Of a stretch of 64,000 nt of DNA, positions 49,461 to 57,939 are shown in pieces. The notes under the pieces are model-generated. The model did not search any database, was not told the origin of the DNA, and was given only the letters and a program-made list of their open reading frames with translations. The position numbers and the translations under genes were made by a program. The stretch is from Candidatus Omnitrophota bacterium (GTDB taxonomy: Bacteria > Omnitrophota > Gorgyraeia > 2-01-FULL-45-10): the NCBI GenBank assembly GCA_043798375.1, contig JAZDOS010000042.1:5037-69036 (forward strand), given 5' to 3'. Each line of letters starts with the position of its first letter. Within the stretch, counting starts at the first letter, position 1.

Positions 49461-50063
49461 ATGCCGAAATTAAAAATATTTTTAATTCTTTTAATAACAG
49501 TTGCCTTTTTTACCGTCCTGCCGGGATTGGCATATTCAAAAGAGATCGTTCTATACGGTTTTGAGAAAGACCCTCAAGGGTGGGAGATACCCGATTGGAC
49601 GATGGGTAAAGCCGACCATGTCGGCCGCCAGATAAGCGTCTCCGAATTTAACGCGAGCGAAGGCGGATATTCGCTGGAATTCGATGTTGAATTTTCCGGC
49701 AGTCCGCGATGGGAGGGCGCATACGTCGAGCGCGTTATAGACGTTACCGACTGGAGCCCGTTCAGCTGCCTGTCCGTCGACATCTTCCTTCCGAAGAACG
49801 CGCCGCAGGGCTTGAGGGCGCGGGTTATATTGACCGTAGGCGAAGGCTGGAAATGGACTGAAGGCAACAAGGCGTTCCCGCTTACCCCGGGCGAGTGGAC
49901 TGTCATAAAGCTGGACCTCACCCCGGATAGCATGTCCTGGCGGAAGTTCATAGACGACAACTTCAGGAGCGATATAAAGAAGCTGGGCATCAGGATCGAG
50001 TCTAACGGCAAGATCGCGTACAAGGGGCCGGTCTACATCGACAATGTGAAGCTGTCAGATTAA
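49461..50063 (+). CDS. Secreted CBM-like protein, paralog 2
   Basis: Signal peptide; YGFEKDPQGWEIPDW, LTVGEGWK, PGEW, YIDNVKL shared with 47697..48287. Confidence 0.75.
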   Translation: MPKLKIFLILLITVAFFTVLPGLAYSKEIVLYGFEKDPQGWEIPDWTMGKADHVGRQISVSEFNASEGGYSLEFDVEFSGSPRWEGAYVERVIDVTDWSPFSCLSVDIFLPKNAPQGLRARVILTVGEGWKWTEGNKAFPLTPGEWTVIKLDLTPDSMSWRKFIDDNFRSDIKKLGIRIESNGKIAYKGPVYIDNVKLSD

Positions 50064-50168
50064 AGTAAAAAGTAAAAAGTAAAAAGGTAAAAGTGCAAGT
50101 AAAAATTAAAAATTTTGACTTTTAAATTGTAATTTTTCCTTTTTCCTTTTTACTTTTACCTTTAACTT
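50062..50168. repeat. Inverted heptamer array (AAAAAGT)n ... (TTTTTMC)n
   Basis: A purine-rich left arm and a complementary pyrimidine-rich right arm; the same left-arm unit occurs at 43503-43562. Confidence 0.85.
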
Positions 50169-50182
50169 GGGTAGCAAGTGTA

Positions 50183-52552
50183 ATGAAGTACGGCTATTTT
50201 GACGACAAGAACCGCGAGTTCGTAATTACACGCCCCGACACGCCTACTCCGTGGATAAATTATTTAGGGTGCGATGAATATTGCGCCCTCATATCCAATA
50301 CCGCCGGCGGATACAGTTTCCACCGCGACCCCAAAGAGAGAAGAATCACAAGATACAGGTATAATAACATTCCCGCCGACAGGCCGGGCCGTTATATATA
50401 TTTGCGCGACCGGGATTCGGGCGATTACTGGCCGGCCACCTGGCAGCCGGTGTTAGAACCGAAAACCGCAAACCGAAAACCGCAAAATTATAAATACGAA
50501 TGCCGGCACGGGATGAGCTATACCAGGATCAAAAGCGGGTATAATGGCATAGCGGCAGAGACTACTTATTTTGTGCCCCTGAAGGAAAACCTGGAATTAT
50601 GGGTACTGAATATAAAAAATACCTCTAAGAGGAAGCGGAGGCTCTCCATATTTACCTACCTCGAATTCTGCCTGTGGCATGCCGTCATGGATATGACCGA
50701 CCTCCAGTATACCCTGAATATTTCAAAAGCGGTGTGCAGGAAGGATGTGATATACCACCTCACCGGTTATTTTCCTTCCGAAGGCAGGAACGATTTCGCG
50801 TTCTTTTCGTCCAGCGAAAAGGTCAGGGGTTTCGATTGCGACAGGGAAACATTTATCGGCCCCTATAATTCGGAAGCGAACCCGCTTGTTGTATCGCTCG
50901 GAAAGTCATTCAATTCCGTAAATTCAGGCGGTAACCCGATAGCCTCGCTCTGTAATACGATCACGCTGAAACCGTCGGAGGAGAAGACGGTCGTATTCTC
51001 ACTCGGCGTCAGCGATTCGATGAAAGAGGCGGATAATCTTATATCGAAATATAAAAGCCTCAAAAACGCCAGGGATGAATTTGAGAAACTCAAAGCCTGC
51101 TGGGCGCTGTATTTCGAGAATTACATTTGCGATACGCCGGACGATAAGGTCGATCTTATGGTAAATACGTGGAACCAGTATCAGTGCAGGACGACGTTTA
51201 ACTGGTCGCGTTCGGCCTCTTACTACGAATCCGGCATCGGCAGGGGAATGGGCTTCAGGGATTCGAATCAGGACACGCTCGGCGTCGTCCATGCCATTCC
51301 TGACAGGGTCAAGGCGAGGATCAAAGAGCTTCTGGAGTGCCAGTTCGAAAACGGCTCAACCTATCACCAATTCTTCCCGCTCACCAAAAAAGGCGAAAAG
51401 GGCGGCTACTCGGACGATCCGCTGTGGCTGGTCGTTTCGTGCTCCGGCTATATTAAAGAGACCGGGGACGCGGGATTCCTTAATGAAACGGTCCCGTTCA
51501 CCGATTCCGGGAAGGCGACCGTCTATGAACACCTGAAAAGGGCCATCGATTTCGTCTCTTCCAAAGTCGGCCCGCGCGGATTTCCTTTGATAGGATTTGC
51601 CGACTGGAACGACTGCCTGAACCTCACGGGGAAGAATAACGCCGCCCAGAGCGTATGGGTGGCGCAGTTCCTGGTATGGGCCGCGAATGAATTCTCGAGG
51701 CTCGCCGGGCTTTTAGGCAGGGCCGGCGATGTCAGGGAATACACCCGCGCCGCGAACGCGATGAAGGATAGGATAAATAAAATAGCCTGGGACGGAGATT
51801 GGTATATTCGCGCTTATGACGACGATGGTAATCCTGTCGGCTCATCCAAAAACAAAGAAGGCAGGATTGATCTATTGACGCAAGTCTGGGCCGTAATCGG
51901 CGGAATCGCCGGAGATAAGAGGGCGGTTCGATGCATGGATATGGTGAAAAAATATCTCGATTCGAAACACGGTATAATGCTCATCGCCCCGCCATACACG
52001 GGCTACGATGCAAAGATCGGCGCGGTCGGGACATTCGCGCCGGGCCTGAAAGAGAACGGCGGTATATTCTGCCACGCGAATCCCTGGGGGATGATAGCCG
52101 AGACCATGATCGGCCGCGGCAATGCCGCGTTCGATTATTATGCCAAGATCGCCCCTGCGTTCAGAAACGACATATCGGATACTCATTCGACGGAACCTTA
52201 TGTTTACGCGCAGTATATAGCCGGAAGCGGCCATCCGGCATTCGGCCGCGGGAGGAATTCGTGGCTTACCGGAAGCGCCGCATGGAATTTTTACGCGGTA
52301 ACAGCGTATATTCTGGGCGTGAGGCCCGATTATAAAGGCCTCATAGTCGATCCGTGCATACCGGCGAAATGGAAATCATTCAAGGTAAAGAGGGCCTTCA
52401 GGGGCGCGACATACGAGATAAAGGTCAAAAACCCGAAAGGCGCGCAGAAGGGCGTCAAATCGATGACGGTCGATGGCGTAAAAGTGCCGGGCAAGATCAT
52501 CCCGGCGCGGAAGGATAAGAATGTCCATAAAGTTGAAGTGGTGATGGGGTGA
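50183..52552 (+). CDS. GH94 glycoside phosphorylase (cellobiose/chitobiose phosphorylase family)
   Basis: MKYGYFDD..REFVI..PDTPTPWINYLG, GRGMGFRDSNQD, ADWNDCLNL, KENGGIFCH, SWLTGSAAW. Confidence 0.95.
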   Translation: MKYGYFDDKNREFVITRPDTPTPWINYLGCDEYCALISNTAGGYSFHRDPKERRITRYRYNNIPADRPGRYIYLRDRDSGDYWPATWQPVLEPKTANRKPQNYKYECRHGMSYTRIKSGYNGIAAETTYFVPLKENLELWVLNIKNTSKRKRRLSIFTYLEFCLWHAVMDMTDLQYTLNISKAVCRKDVIYHLTGYFPSEGRNDFAFFSSSEKVRGFDCDRETFIGPYNSEANPLVVSLGKSFNSVNSGGNPIASLCNTITLKPSEEKTVVFSLGVSDSMKEADNLISKYKSLKNARDEFEKLKACWALYFENYICDTPDDKVDLMVNTWNQYQCRTTFNWSRSASYYESGIGRGMGFRDSNQDTLGVVHAIPDRVKARIKELLECQFENGSTYHQFFPLTKKGEKGGYSDDPLWLVVSCSGYIKETGDAGFLNETVPFTDSGKATVYEHLKRAIDFVSSKVGPRGFPLIGFADWNDCLNLTGKNNAAQSVWVAQFLVWAANEFSRLAGLLGRAGDVREYTRAANAMKDRINKIAWDGDWYIRAYDDDGNPVGSSKNKEGRIDLLTQVWAVIGGIAGDKRAVRCMDMVKKYLDSKHGIMLIAPPYTGYDAKIGAVGTFAPGLKENGGIFCHANPWGMIAETMIGRGNAAFDYYAKIAPAFRNDISDTHSTEPYVYAQYIAGSGHPAFGRGRNSWLTGSAAWNFYAVTAYILGVRPDYKGLIVDPCIPAKWKSFKVKRAFRGATYEIKVKNPKGAQKGVKSMTVDGVKVPGKIIPARKDKNVHKVEVVMG

Positions 52553-52561
52553 AAGGTAAAA

Positions 52562-52655
52562 GGTTGCGTTTTACGGTTGCGGTTGCGCAACTCGTAACGT
52601 ATGACGTTAAACGTAAAACGTAACGAGCAGCGCAACCGATAAACGAAAGACGAAT
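52562..52655 (+). repeat. Repeat family A, short gene-less subtype
   Basis: ttgcgttttacggttgcggttgcgcaactcgtaacg...taacgagcagcgcaaccgataaacgaaagacgaatt. Confidence 0.9.
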
Positions 52656-52680
52656 TAATTAGAAAGGAGTAGCGCTAAGA

Positions 52681-53820
52681 ATGAGTGAGTTGCCGTTTAT
52701 ATCAATAATCAATCCTATAAGGAACGTTGAGAGGACTATAGAGACAAACCTGCAATATTTGATCGGCATAGATTATCCGAAAGAGAGATGCGAGATAGTA
52801 TTCGGCGACGGCGGCTCCACCGACAGGACCGTCGATATAATAAGGGACTGGCAGAAAAGATACGAGCTCATAAAGCTCGTAATAGTCCCGAATTCCAAGT
52901 CACCCGGCGAGGCGAGAAACGCGGCGCTCAAAATGGCCAAGGGCGATTATATCCTATTCACCGACGGCGACTGCGCCCCGAGAAAAGACTGGGCGAAAAA
53001 ACTTCTGGAACCGTTCCTGAAAGACCCGTCTATCGGCATGGTCGGCGGCGAGATACATACATTGAGGACCGACCCCGATAACGACGTCGAGTCCTATTGC
53101 GAACAGACGAAGTTCCTGACGGTGGCCGGCAGGTGCCTCGCGACGGAAGAAGGTTACTATCCCGGCATCACACAGGACCTTCCTTCGGAAGTGAACGGCA
53201 ATATCCACAGCCCGTTCTTCGCGACGGCGAACGCAGCTGTCAGTAAAAAGGCGGCGGACGCCATAGGGCGGGAATTCTGGCACGAGATAACGAGCGAGGA
53301 CGTCGACTTTAGTTTGAGGATCCTGAAGAAAGGTTTCAGGCTTTATTACAAACCATCCGCCATAGTCGACCATATGCACAGGGTGACGCTTCAAGCGTAC
53401 TGCAAACAGCTGTACGGATACGGGTTCGGCCATCCGCTCGCGGTCCTGAAACACGCCAAAAAAGTCATCGAGATACAGTTCCAGTGGACGCCGCGCTACA
53501 TAACGTTCGTAATGCCCTCATCCGTTAGGGGTATTATCTACTTGGGCGATTATCATTTTATGCATTTATTTGGGATGGCTTTTGTGGTAAACTTATTACA
53601 GACATTATTCACGCAGAACCTGACAATCTGGCTTTGGATATGGCTTGCGCTTACCATGTTCTTCAAATATAGGTATTTCAGGCCGATGTTGAAACTTACG
53701 CCCCGCGGCAAGTTTTTGAAATGGTGCTGGATCAGATATGTCTCGAACTGGGCGCTTATGAAGGGCGGATTCAAAGGCGGCAGGACATTCGGAGTGATTT
53801 ATCTCGAGTCAAGCTGGTAG
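52681..53820 (+). CDS. Family 2 glycosyltransferase with C-terminal TM helices
   Basis: DGGSTDRT, ARN, FTDGDC, SEDVDF. Confidence 0.9.
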   Translation: MSELPFISIINPIRNVERTIETNLQYLIGIDYPKERCEIVFGDGGSTDRTVDIIRDWQKRYELIKLVIVPNSKSPGEARNAALKMAKGDYILFTDGDCAPRKDWAKKLLEPFLKDPSIGMVGGEIHTLRTDPDNDVESYCEQTKFLTVAGRCLATEEGYYPGITQDLPSEVNGNIHSPFFATANAAVSKKAADAIGREFWHEITSEDVDFSLRILKKGFRLYYKPSAIVDHMHRVTLQAYCKQLYGYGFGHPLAVLKHAKKVIEIQFQWTPRYITFVMPSSVRGIIYLGDYHFMHLFGMAFVVNLLQTLFTQNLTIWLWIWLALTMFFKYRYFRPMLKLTPRGKFLKWCWIRYVSNWALMKGGFKGGRTFGVIYLESSW

Positions 53821-53838
53821 ATTTAAACGAGGTGAGAA

Positions 53839-55098
53839 ATGGCGTTACGGGAAGGGACATTAAAAAGCGAGCGCTTCACTGAAAAGGAACGGCGCAATCT
53901 TGCCATACTCGATATCATCAGAAGGACCAGAGAAGTCTCAAGGGCCGAGATTTCTAAGATCACCCACCTTAATATAGTAACAATATCCAACTACATAGAT
54001 GATTACATTGCCAAAGGCCTCGTCCTCGAGAAGGGATACGATGTATCCAGCGGCGGAAGAAGGCCGGAACTCCTGGAGATCAATTCTAAATTCGGATACA
54101 CTATCGGCATAGACCTCGGTTCGCCCCATATCATGGAGAATTCCATGATTGTGGGCACGCTGGTGGATACCGCAGGGAAGATCATCTGCAAGGTGAAGAC
54201 CAAAAAAGAGGAAGAGTCCCAGGAAAATTTTATAAACAGGGTAACAGGCATTGTCAGGGACCTTTACGGCAGGTCTAAAGTGGAAAAGGCGAGGGTGAAA
54301 GGCGTCGGGATAGCGATATGGGGTGTCCTGGACAGATATAAAGGCACTGTGAGGTATGCGGTCGAGAAAGGCAGCGTCTTCAGCTACAACGCGCTTCAAT
54401 CTTCAATCGAAAAGGAGTTTAGCGTCCCCACGCTCGTAGAGCATGACGCTACAGCCGGCGCCCTGGGAGAGAAGTGGATGGGGCTGGGCTTGAGCCAGGA
54501 GGCCGAGAACATACTTTATATGTGCTCCGATTCCAGCTGCGGCCTTATCCTGAACGGCGAATTGTATTACGGCGTCTCAAAAAGCGCCGGAGAATTGAAT
54601 ATAAACCCTCCATCGCCCGATTATAAGGACGATAACTGCTGGGCAAAATATGATTACGGATGCGGCTTCAGGTCGAGGGGCATAGATCTCGGGATTTCTT
54701 CGCGCGCGAAATCCCGTTTAAGCCAGAATAAAAACGGCAATTCCAAAATCCTCGAGCTTGTGAACGGCAAGCTTGACAGCGTTTCACTTAATACGATAAT
54801 AGAAGCGGCCAGGCTTCAGGATAAACTTGCGATAGAGCTTCTGTCCGAAGCGGGAGATTATCTCGGCGCGAAGATATCGTTTCTTATAAACCTGTTCAAC
54901 CCGGATTCCATCGTGATCGGAAGAGGCATGGAAAAGGGCGGCGACATATTCATGGACGCCGTGAGGAAGAGCGTTAAAAAGTGGGCTTACGAAGAATCGC
55001 TCAAGGTCGTCAGGATCGTGCCGGCGTCCCTCGGCGAGGATTCTATAGCCTGCGGCGCGTCGGCGCTTGTAATGCAGCAGATATTTGCGAAGATCTAA
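53839..55098 (+). CDS. ROK family transcriptional regulator (XylR/NagC-like)
   Basis: N-terminal HTH SRAEISK, SSGGRRP, IGIDLG, EHDATAGALGE, AGEL. Confidence 0.92.
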   Translation: MALREGTLKSERFTEKERRNLAILDIIRRTREVSRAEISKITHLNIVTISNYIDDYIAKGLVLEKGYDVSSGGRRPELLEINSKFGYTIGIDLGSPHIMENSMIVGTLVDTAGKIICKVKTKKEEESQENFINRVTGIVRDLYGRSKVEKARVKGVGIAIWGVLDRYKGTVRYAVEKGSVFSYNALQSSIEKEFSVPTLVEHDATAGALGEKWMGLGLSQEAENILYMCSDSSCGLILNGELYYGVSKSAGELNINPPSPDYKDDNCWAKYDYGCGFRSRGIDLGISSRAKSRLSQNKNGNSKILELVNGKLDSVSLNTIIEAARLQDKLAIELLSEAGDYLGAKISFLINLFNPDSIVIGRGMEKGGDIFMDAVRKSVKKWAYEESLKVVRIVPASLGEDSIACGASALVMQQIFAKI

Positions 55099-55197
55099 CC
55101 AGGTTAAACCTTGTGGTAACCTGACAGATTTAACCTGGTTAGTAACGCTCTAACCAGGTTAAACCTTGTGGTAACCTGACAGATTTAACCTGGTTAG
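55094..55197. repeat. Two identical 49-bp direct repeats, each with terminal inverted repeats
   Basis: tctaaccaggttaaaccttgtggtaacctgacagatttaacctggttag at 55094-55142 and 55149-55197. Confidence 0.92.
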
Positions 55198-55209
55198 AAA
55201 AAGGGAAAG

Positions 55210-56439
55210 ATGAGAAAAATATTCGCCATATTTCTTATAAGCTGTCTCCTGGTATCCGGCTGCGGTAAATCCGAGGGCAGGAAGGCGCCGGGCGAGACCC
55301 GGATAACGATGTGGCTCATCGGCTCCGAGGCCCAGGCGCTCACGATAAAAAAATTAGCCGAAGAATTTTACAGCCAGACCGGGATAAAGGTGAAATGCGA
55401 CGCGATATCGTGGGGCGACGCGCATTCGAAGTACCTTACCTCTATCGCGGGAGGCGTTGCGCCGGACATAGGCACGATGGGGCTTACGTGGGGGGCCGAG
55501 TTTGGCAAACTCGATTCCATGGTAGATTTGAAGAAAGAGTATCCGCAAGAGGTAAATTCGATAAAGGAAACGGTCTTCGCCGGCCTTTGGAATTCGATAG
55601 AGCATAAAGGCAAGGTCTACGGCATACCTTTCGACATGACCGAATACATTCTTTATTACAGAAATGATATTATAGCGAATCCTCCGCGCGACTGGGAAGA
55701 GCTGGTCAGCCTGTTGACGGATTTAAATAAAAAAGGACAGGGGATGATCTTCGACTGGGGATCTTTAAGCTGGATAGGATATTCCCCCTTCCTATGGCAG
55801 GCAGGCGGTGATTATTATAATGAGGATTATTCGGCCATCACGATAGATTCGGAAGCCGCTGTCAAAGGGATGAATTTCTTCGCCGGCCTGTACCTGAAAT
55901 ATAATGTTCCGAAGACAAAGATCCCGATAGAGCAGGGGATGAGAACGGGAGATTTTCCTATAGCGATCTCAGGAAACTGGAAGATAGACGACCTCAGGCT
56001 GCTGGCGCCGGAGATAGCGGGAAAATGGTCCATCGCTACATTGCCCAAAGGCCCGACGGGAAAGAAGACAGCGTTTATCGGAGGCAGGATAATGGGCATA
56101 TTCAGCCAGTCGAAACATAAGGTTGCGGCGTGGAAGTTCATAAAGTTTCTATTCAGGCCCGAAACTCAAGCTAAACTCTATGAAGCGGCGCTTGCGGAAC
56201 AGGATACGTACCTGCCTCCGAGCATGAAGGCATGGCCCATGCTTAGTATGGACCCGAAGTTTAAAGAGGTCCTGGTTTCTCAAGCCAATGACTCCAAGGG
56301 GCCTCCGGTAGTCGCGAGCTGGGATTCATGCGCCAGATATATGGACGAGGCTATTCAGAAGGTGATTTTGCAGAAGGCCGACGCGAAGAAGGAATTGGAG
56401 ATCGCGAAAACACAGCTGGAAAGATTGCTTAAGAAGTAG
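55210..56439 (+). CDS. Sugar ABC transporter substrate-binding lipoprotein
   Basis: Lipobox LVSGC; GVAPDI, GKVYGIPF, LYYRND, AAWKFIKFL. Confidence 0.92.
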   Translation: MRKIFAIFLISCLLVSGCGKSEGRKAPGETRITMWLIGSEAQALTIKKLAEEFYSQTGIKVKCDAISWGDAHSKYLTSIAGGVAPDIGTMGLTWGAEFGKLDSMVDLKKEYPQEVNSIKETVFAGLWNSIEHKGKVYGIPFDMTEYILYYRNDIIANPPRDWEELVSLLTDLNKKGQGMIFDWGSLSWIGYSPFLWQAGGDYYNEDYSAITIDSEAAVKGMNFFAGLYLKYNVPKTKIPIEQGMRTGDFPIAISGNWKIDDLRLLAPEIAGKWSIATLPKGPTGKKTAFIGGRIMGIFSQSKHKVAAWKFIKFLFRPETQAKLYEAALAEQDTYLPPSMKAWPMLSMDPKFKEVLVSQANDSKGPPVVASWDSCARYMDEAIQKVILQKADAKKELEIAKTQLERLLKK

Positions 56440-56477
56440 TATAATGATTTTGCTTCACAAAATTCGGGGGTGACATT

Positions 56478-57392
56478 ATGAAGAAACAGGCGGTGTTTGT
56501 CGTTGCGGTGTTTATGCTTGCCTCTTTGATATGCGTTGAAAAGGCGCATGCCGGCGCCTGGACAGTCCCGAAATACAAAGTCTGGGCGGAGTATTACATG
56601 AAATGGAATTACGCGAAGGATACCTATAACGAGAGCGAGAATTTTACGTCGAGCGGCAACCATTCGAAGAACTTCAGGTCATGGGAATTCGTGCAGGAAC
56701 CGAAGCTGGAGTATGGTATTACAGACTATCTTAACTTCCTCTACAGTATGGAATTTAAAGAGGGCCACTACAAGGAATACGACAGGCCTCCAAGCTGGGG
56801 CCCTTTTACCAAGAAGAACCACGGCCTCACAAATGTCAAAATAGGAGGCAAGTGGCGTTTTCTCGAAAAACCGGTCGTGCAGAGCCTGCAGGGCAAGTTT
56901 TTTATATATCCCGGCTATGGGAATTACGTAAGCGAAGCAAATGGCGGAGCCGACGGATATCCGTATCAGCCTTCGATAGGCTACGGCGATGACGCGTTCG
57001 AATTGAGATGGCTCATGGGACAATCGTTCAAATTTCCCATCAGGGATGATTGGAGGCTGCCGGTCTACTGGGGCACCGAGATAGGCTACAGGTGGAGGAG
57101 TAAAGCCGTCTGCAACGATATCCCGTACTTCTTCGAATGCGGCTTCTGGCCATCCTCCTGGTTTTTGGTCAAGACGGAACTGGACGGATACAGGTTCCAT
57201 GGCGGCACGGGCAGTATCAAGGAGAGCTACGGCATATGGCGTATCGGCGGCGTATGGCAGGTCTTCGGCGACAGCACTCTCAGGGCCGGCAATAAGCTCT
57301 TCAATATAGAATTTCAATACGGCATGGTGGTCTGGGGAAGGAATACGAACGCGGCGCAGGAATGGGTGCTGAAGGTCCAGACACAGTTCTAG
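56478..57392 (+). CDS. Putative outer-membrane beta-barrel protein
   Basis: Signal peptide ending AHA, then GAWTVP; aromatic-rich amphipathic strands; C-terminal LKVQTQF (BAM-type terminal Phe). Confidence 0.7.
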   Translation: MKKQAVFVVAVFMLASLICVEKAHAGAWTVPKYKVWAEYYMKWNYAKDTYNESENFTSSGNHSKNFRSWEFVQEPKLEYGITDYLNFLYSMEFKEGHYKEYDRPPSWGPFTKKNHGLTNVKIGGKWRFLEKPVVQSLQGKFFIYPGYGNYVSEANGGADGYPYQPSIGYGDDAFELRWLMGQSFKFPIRDDWRLPVYWGTEIGYRWRSKAVCNDIPYFFECGFWPSSWFLVKTELDGYRFHGGTGSIKESYGIWRIGGVWQVFGDSTLRAGNKLFNIEFQYGMVVWGRNTNAAQEWVLKVQTQF

Positions 57393-57410
57393 CTGATATA
57401 ACCTCGCTAA

Positions 57411-57542
57411 TATAACCTCCGAGGTTGCCAAAGGCAACCTCGGAGGTTGACAGGTAAACAGAGGTTGCCAAAGGCAACCTCTGAGGTTGACAGGTAAGCA
57501 AAGGCAACCTCAGAGGTTGACAGGTAAGAGGTTGACAGGTAA
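57411..57542. repeat. Tandem array of progressively 5'-truncated REP-like palindromes
   Basis: Four units of about 47, 40, 30 and 15 bp, all ending gaggttgacaggtaa. Confidence 0.88.
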
Positions 57543-57544
57543 GA

Positions 57545-57817
57545 ATGGGATTATTCAAAAAGAATAGGCCGAAATTCGGCGAGCTCCTGGTCGAAAAAGG
57601 CCTTGCCACGCAAAAAGATGTGGAAGAGGCCCTGAAGACACAGAGGGAAATATGGGATACGAAACAGATCCAGAAGAACCTCGGGAGTATACTTAACGAA
57701 AAAGGTATTATTGACGTGGAAGATATAGAGGATGTCCTTCAGGAACAGAAGAGGCGGGAAGGATTTCTTTTGAAGGGTTTTGTATATTCCGTCTTCCATT
57801 CGGGCCAGCCTAAATAA
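57545..57817 (+). CDS. Stand-alone MshEN-like (c-di-GMP-binding motif) protein
   Basis: KFGELLVEKGLATQKDVEEALKTQ and NLGSILNEKGIIDVEDIEDVLQEQ resemble the tandem RLGxxLxxxGxxxxxxLxxxLxxQ motif. Confidence 0.75.
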   Translation: MGLFKKNRPKFGELLVEKGLATQKDVEEALKTQREIWDTKQIQKNLGSILNEKGIIDVEDIEDVLQEQKRREGFLLKGFVYSVFHSGQPK

Positions 57818-57819
57818 AA

Positions 57820-57920
57820 GATTGCGTTTTACGGTTGCGGTTGCGCAACTCGTAACGTTTAACGTTAACCGTATAACGTAACGAGCAGCGCAACCGATAA
57901 ACGAAAGACGAATTAATTAA
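57820..57920 (+). repeat. Repeat family A, short gene-less subtype
   Basis: Near-identical to 52562-52655. Confidence 0.9.
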
Positions 57921-57939
57921 AAGAAGGAGTATTATTACC

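Noticed and set aside
55094-55197. Possible mini-CRISPR or attL/attR pair
   Set aside because: Only two units 6 bp apart, with no spacer-sized gap and no integrase.
57411-57542. Possible CRISPR array
   Set aside because: The units shrink progressively, there are no unique spacers of regular length, and no cas genes are in the window.
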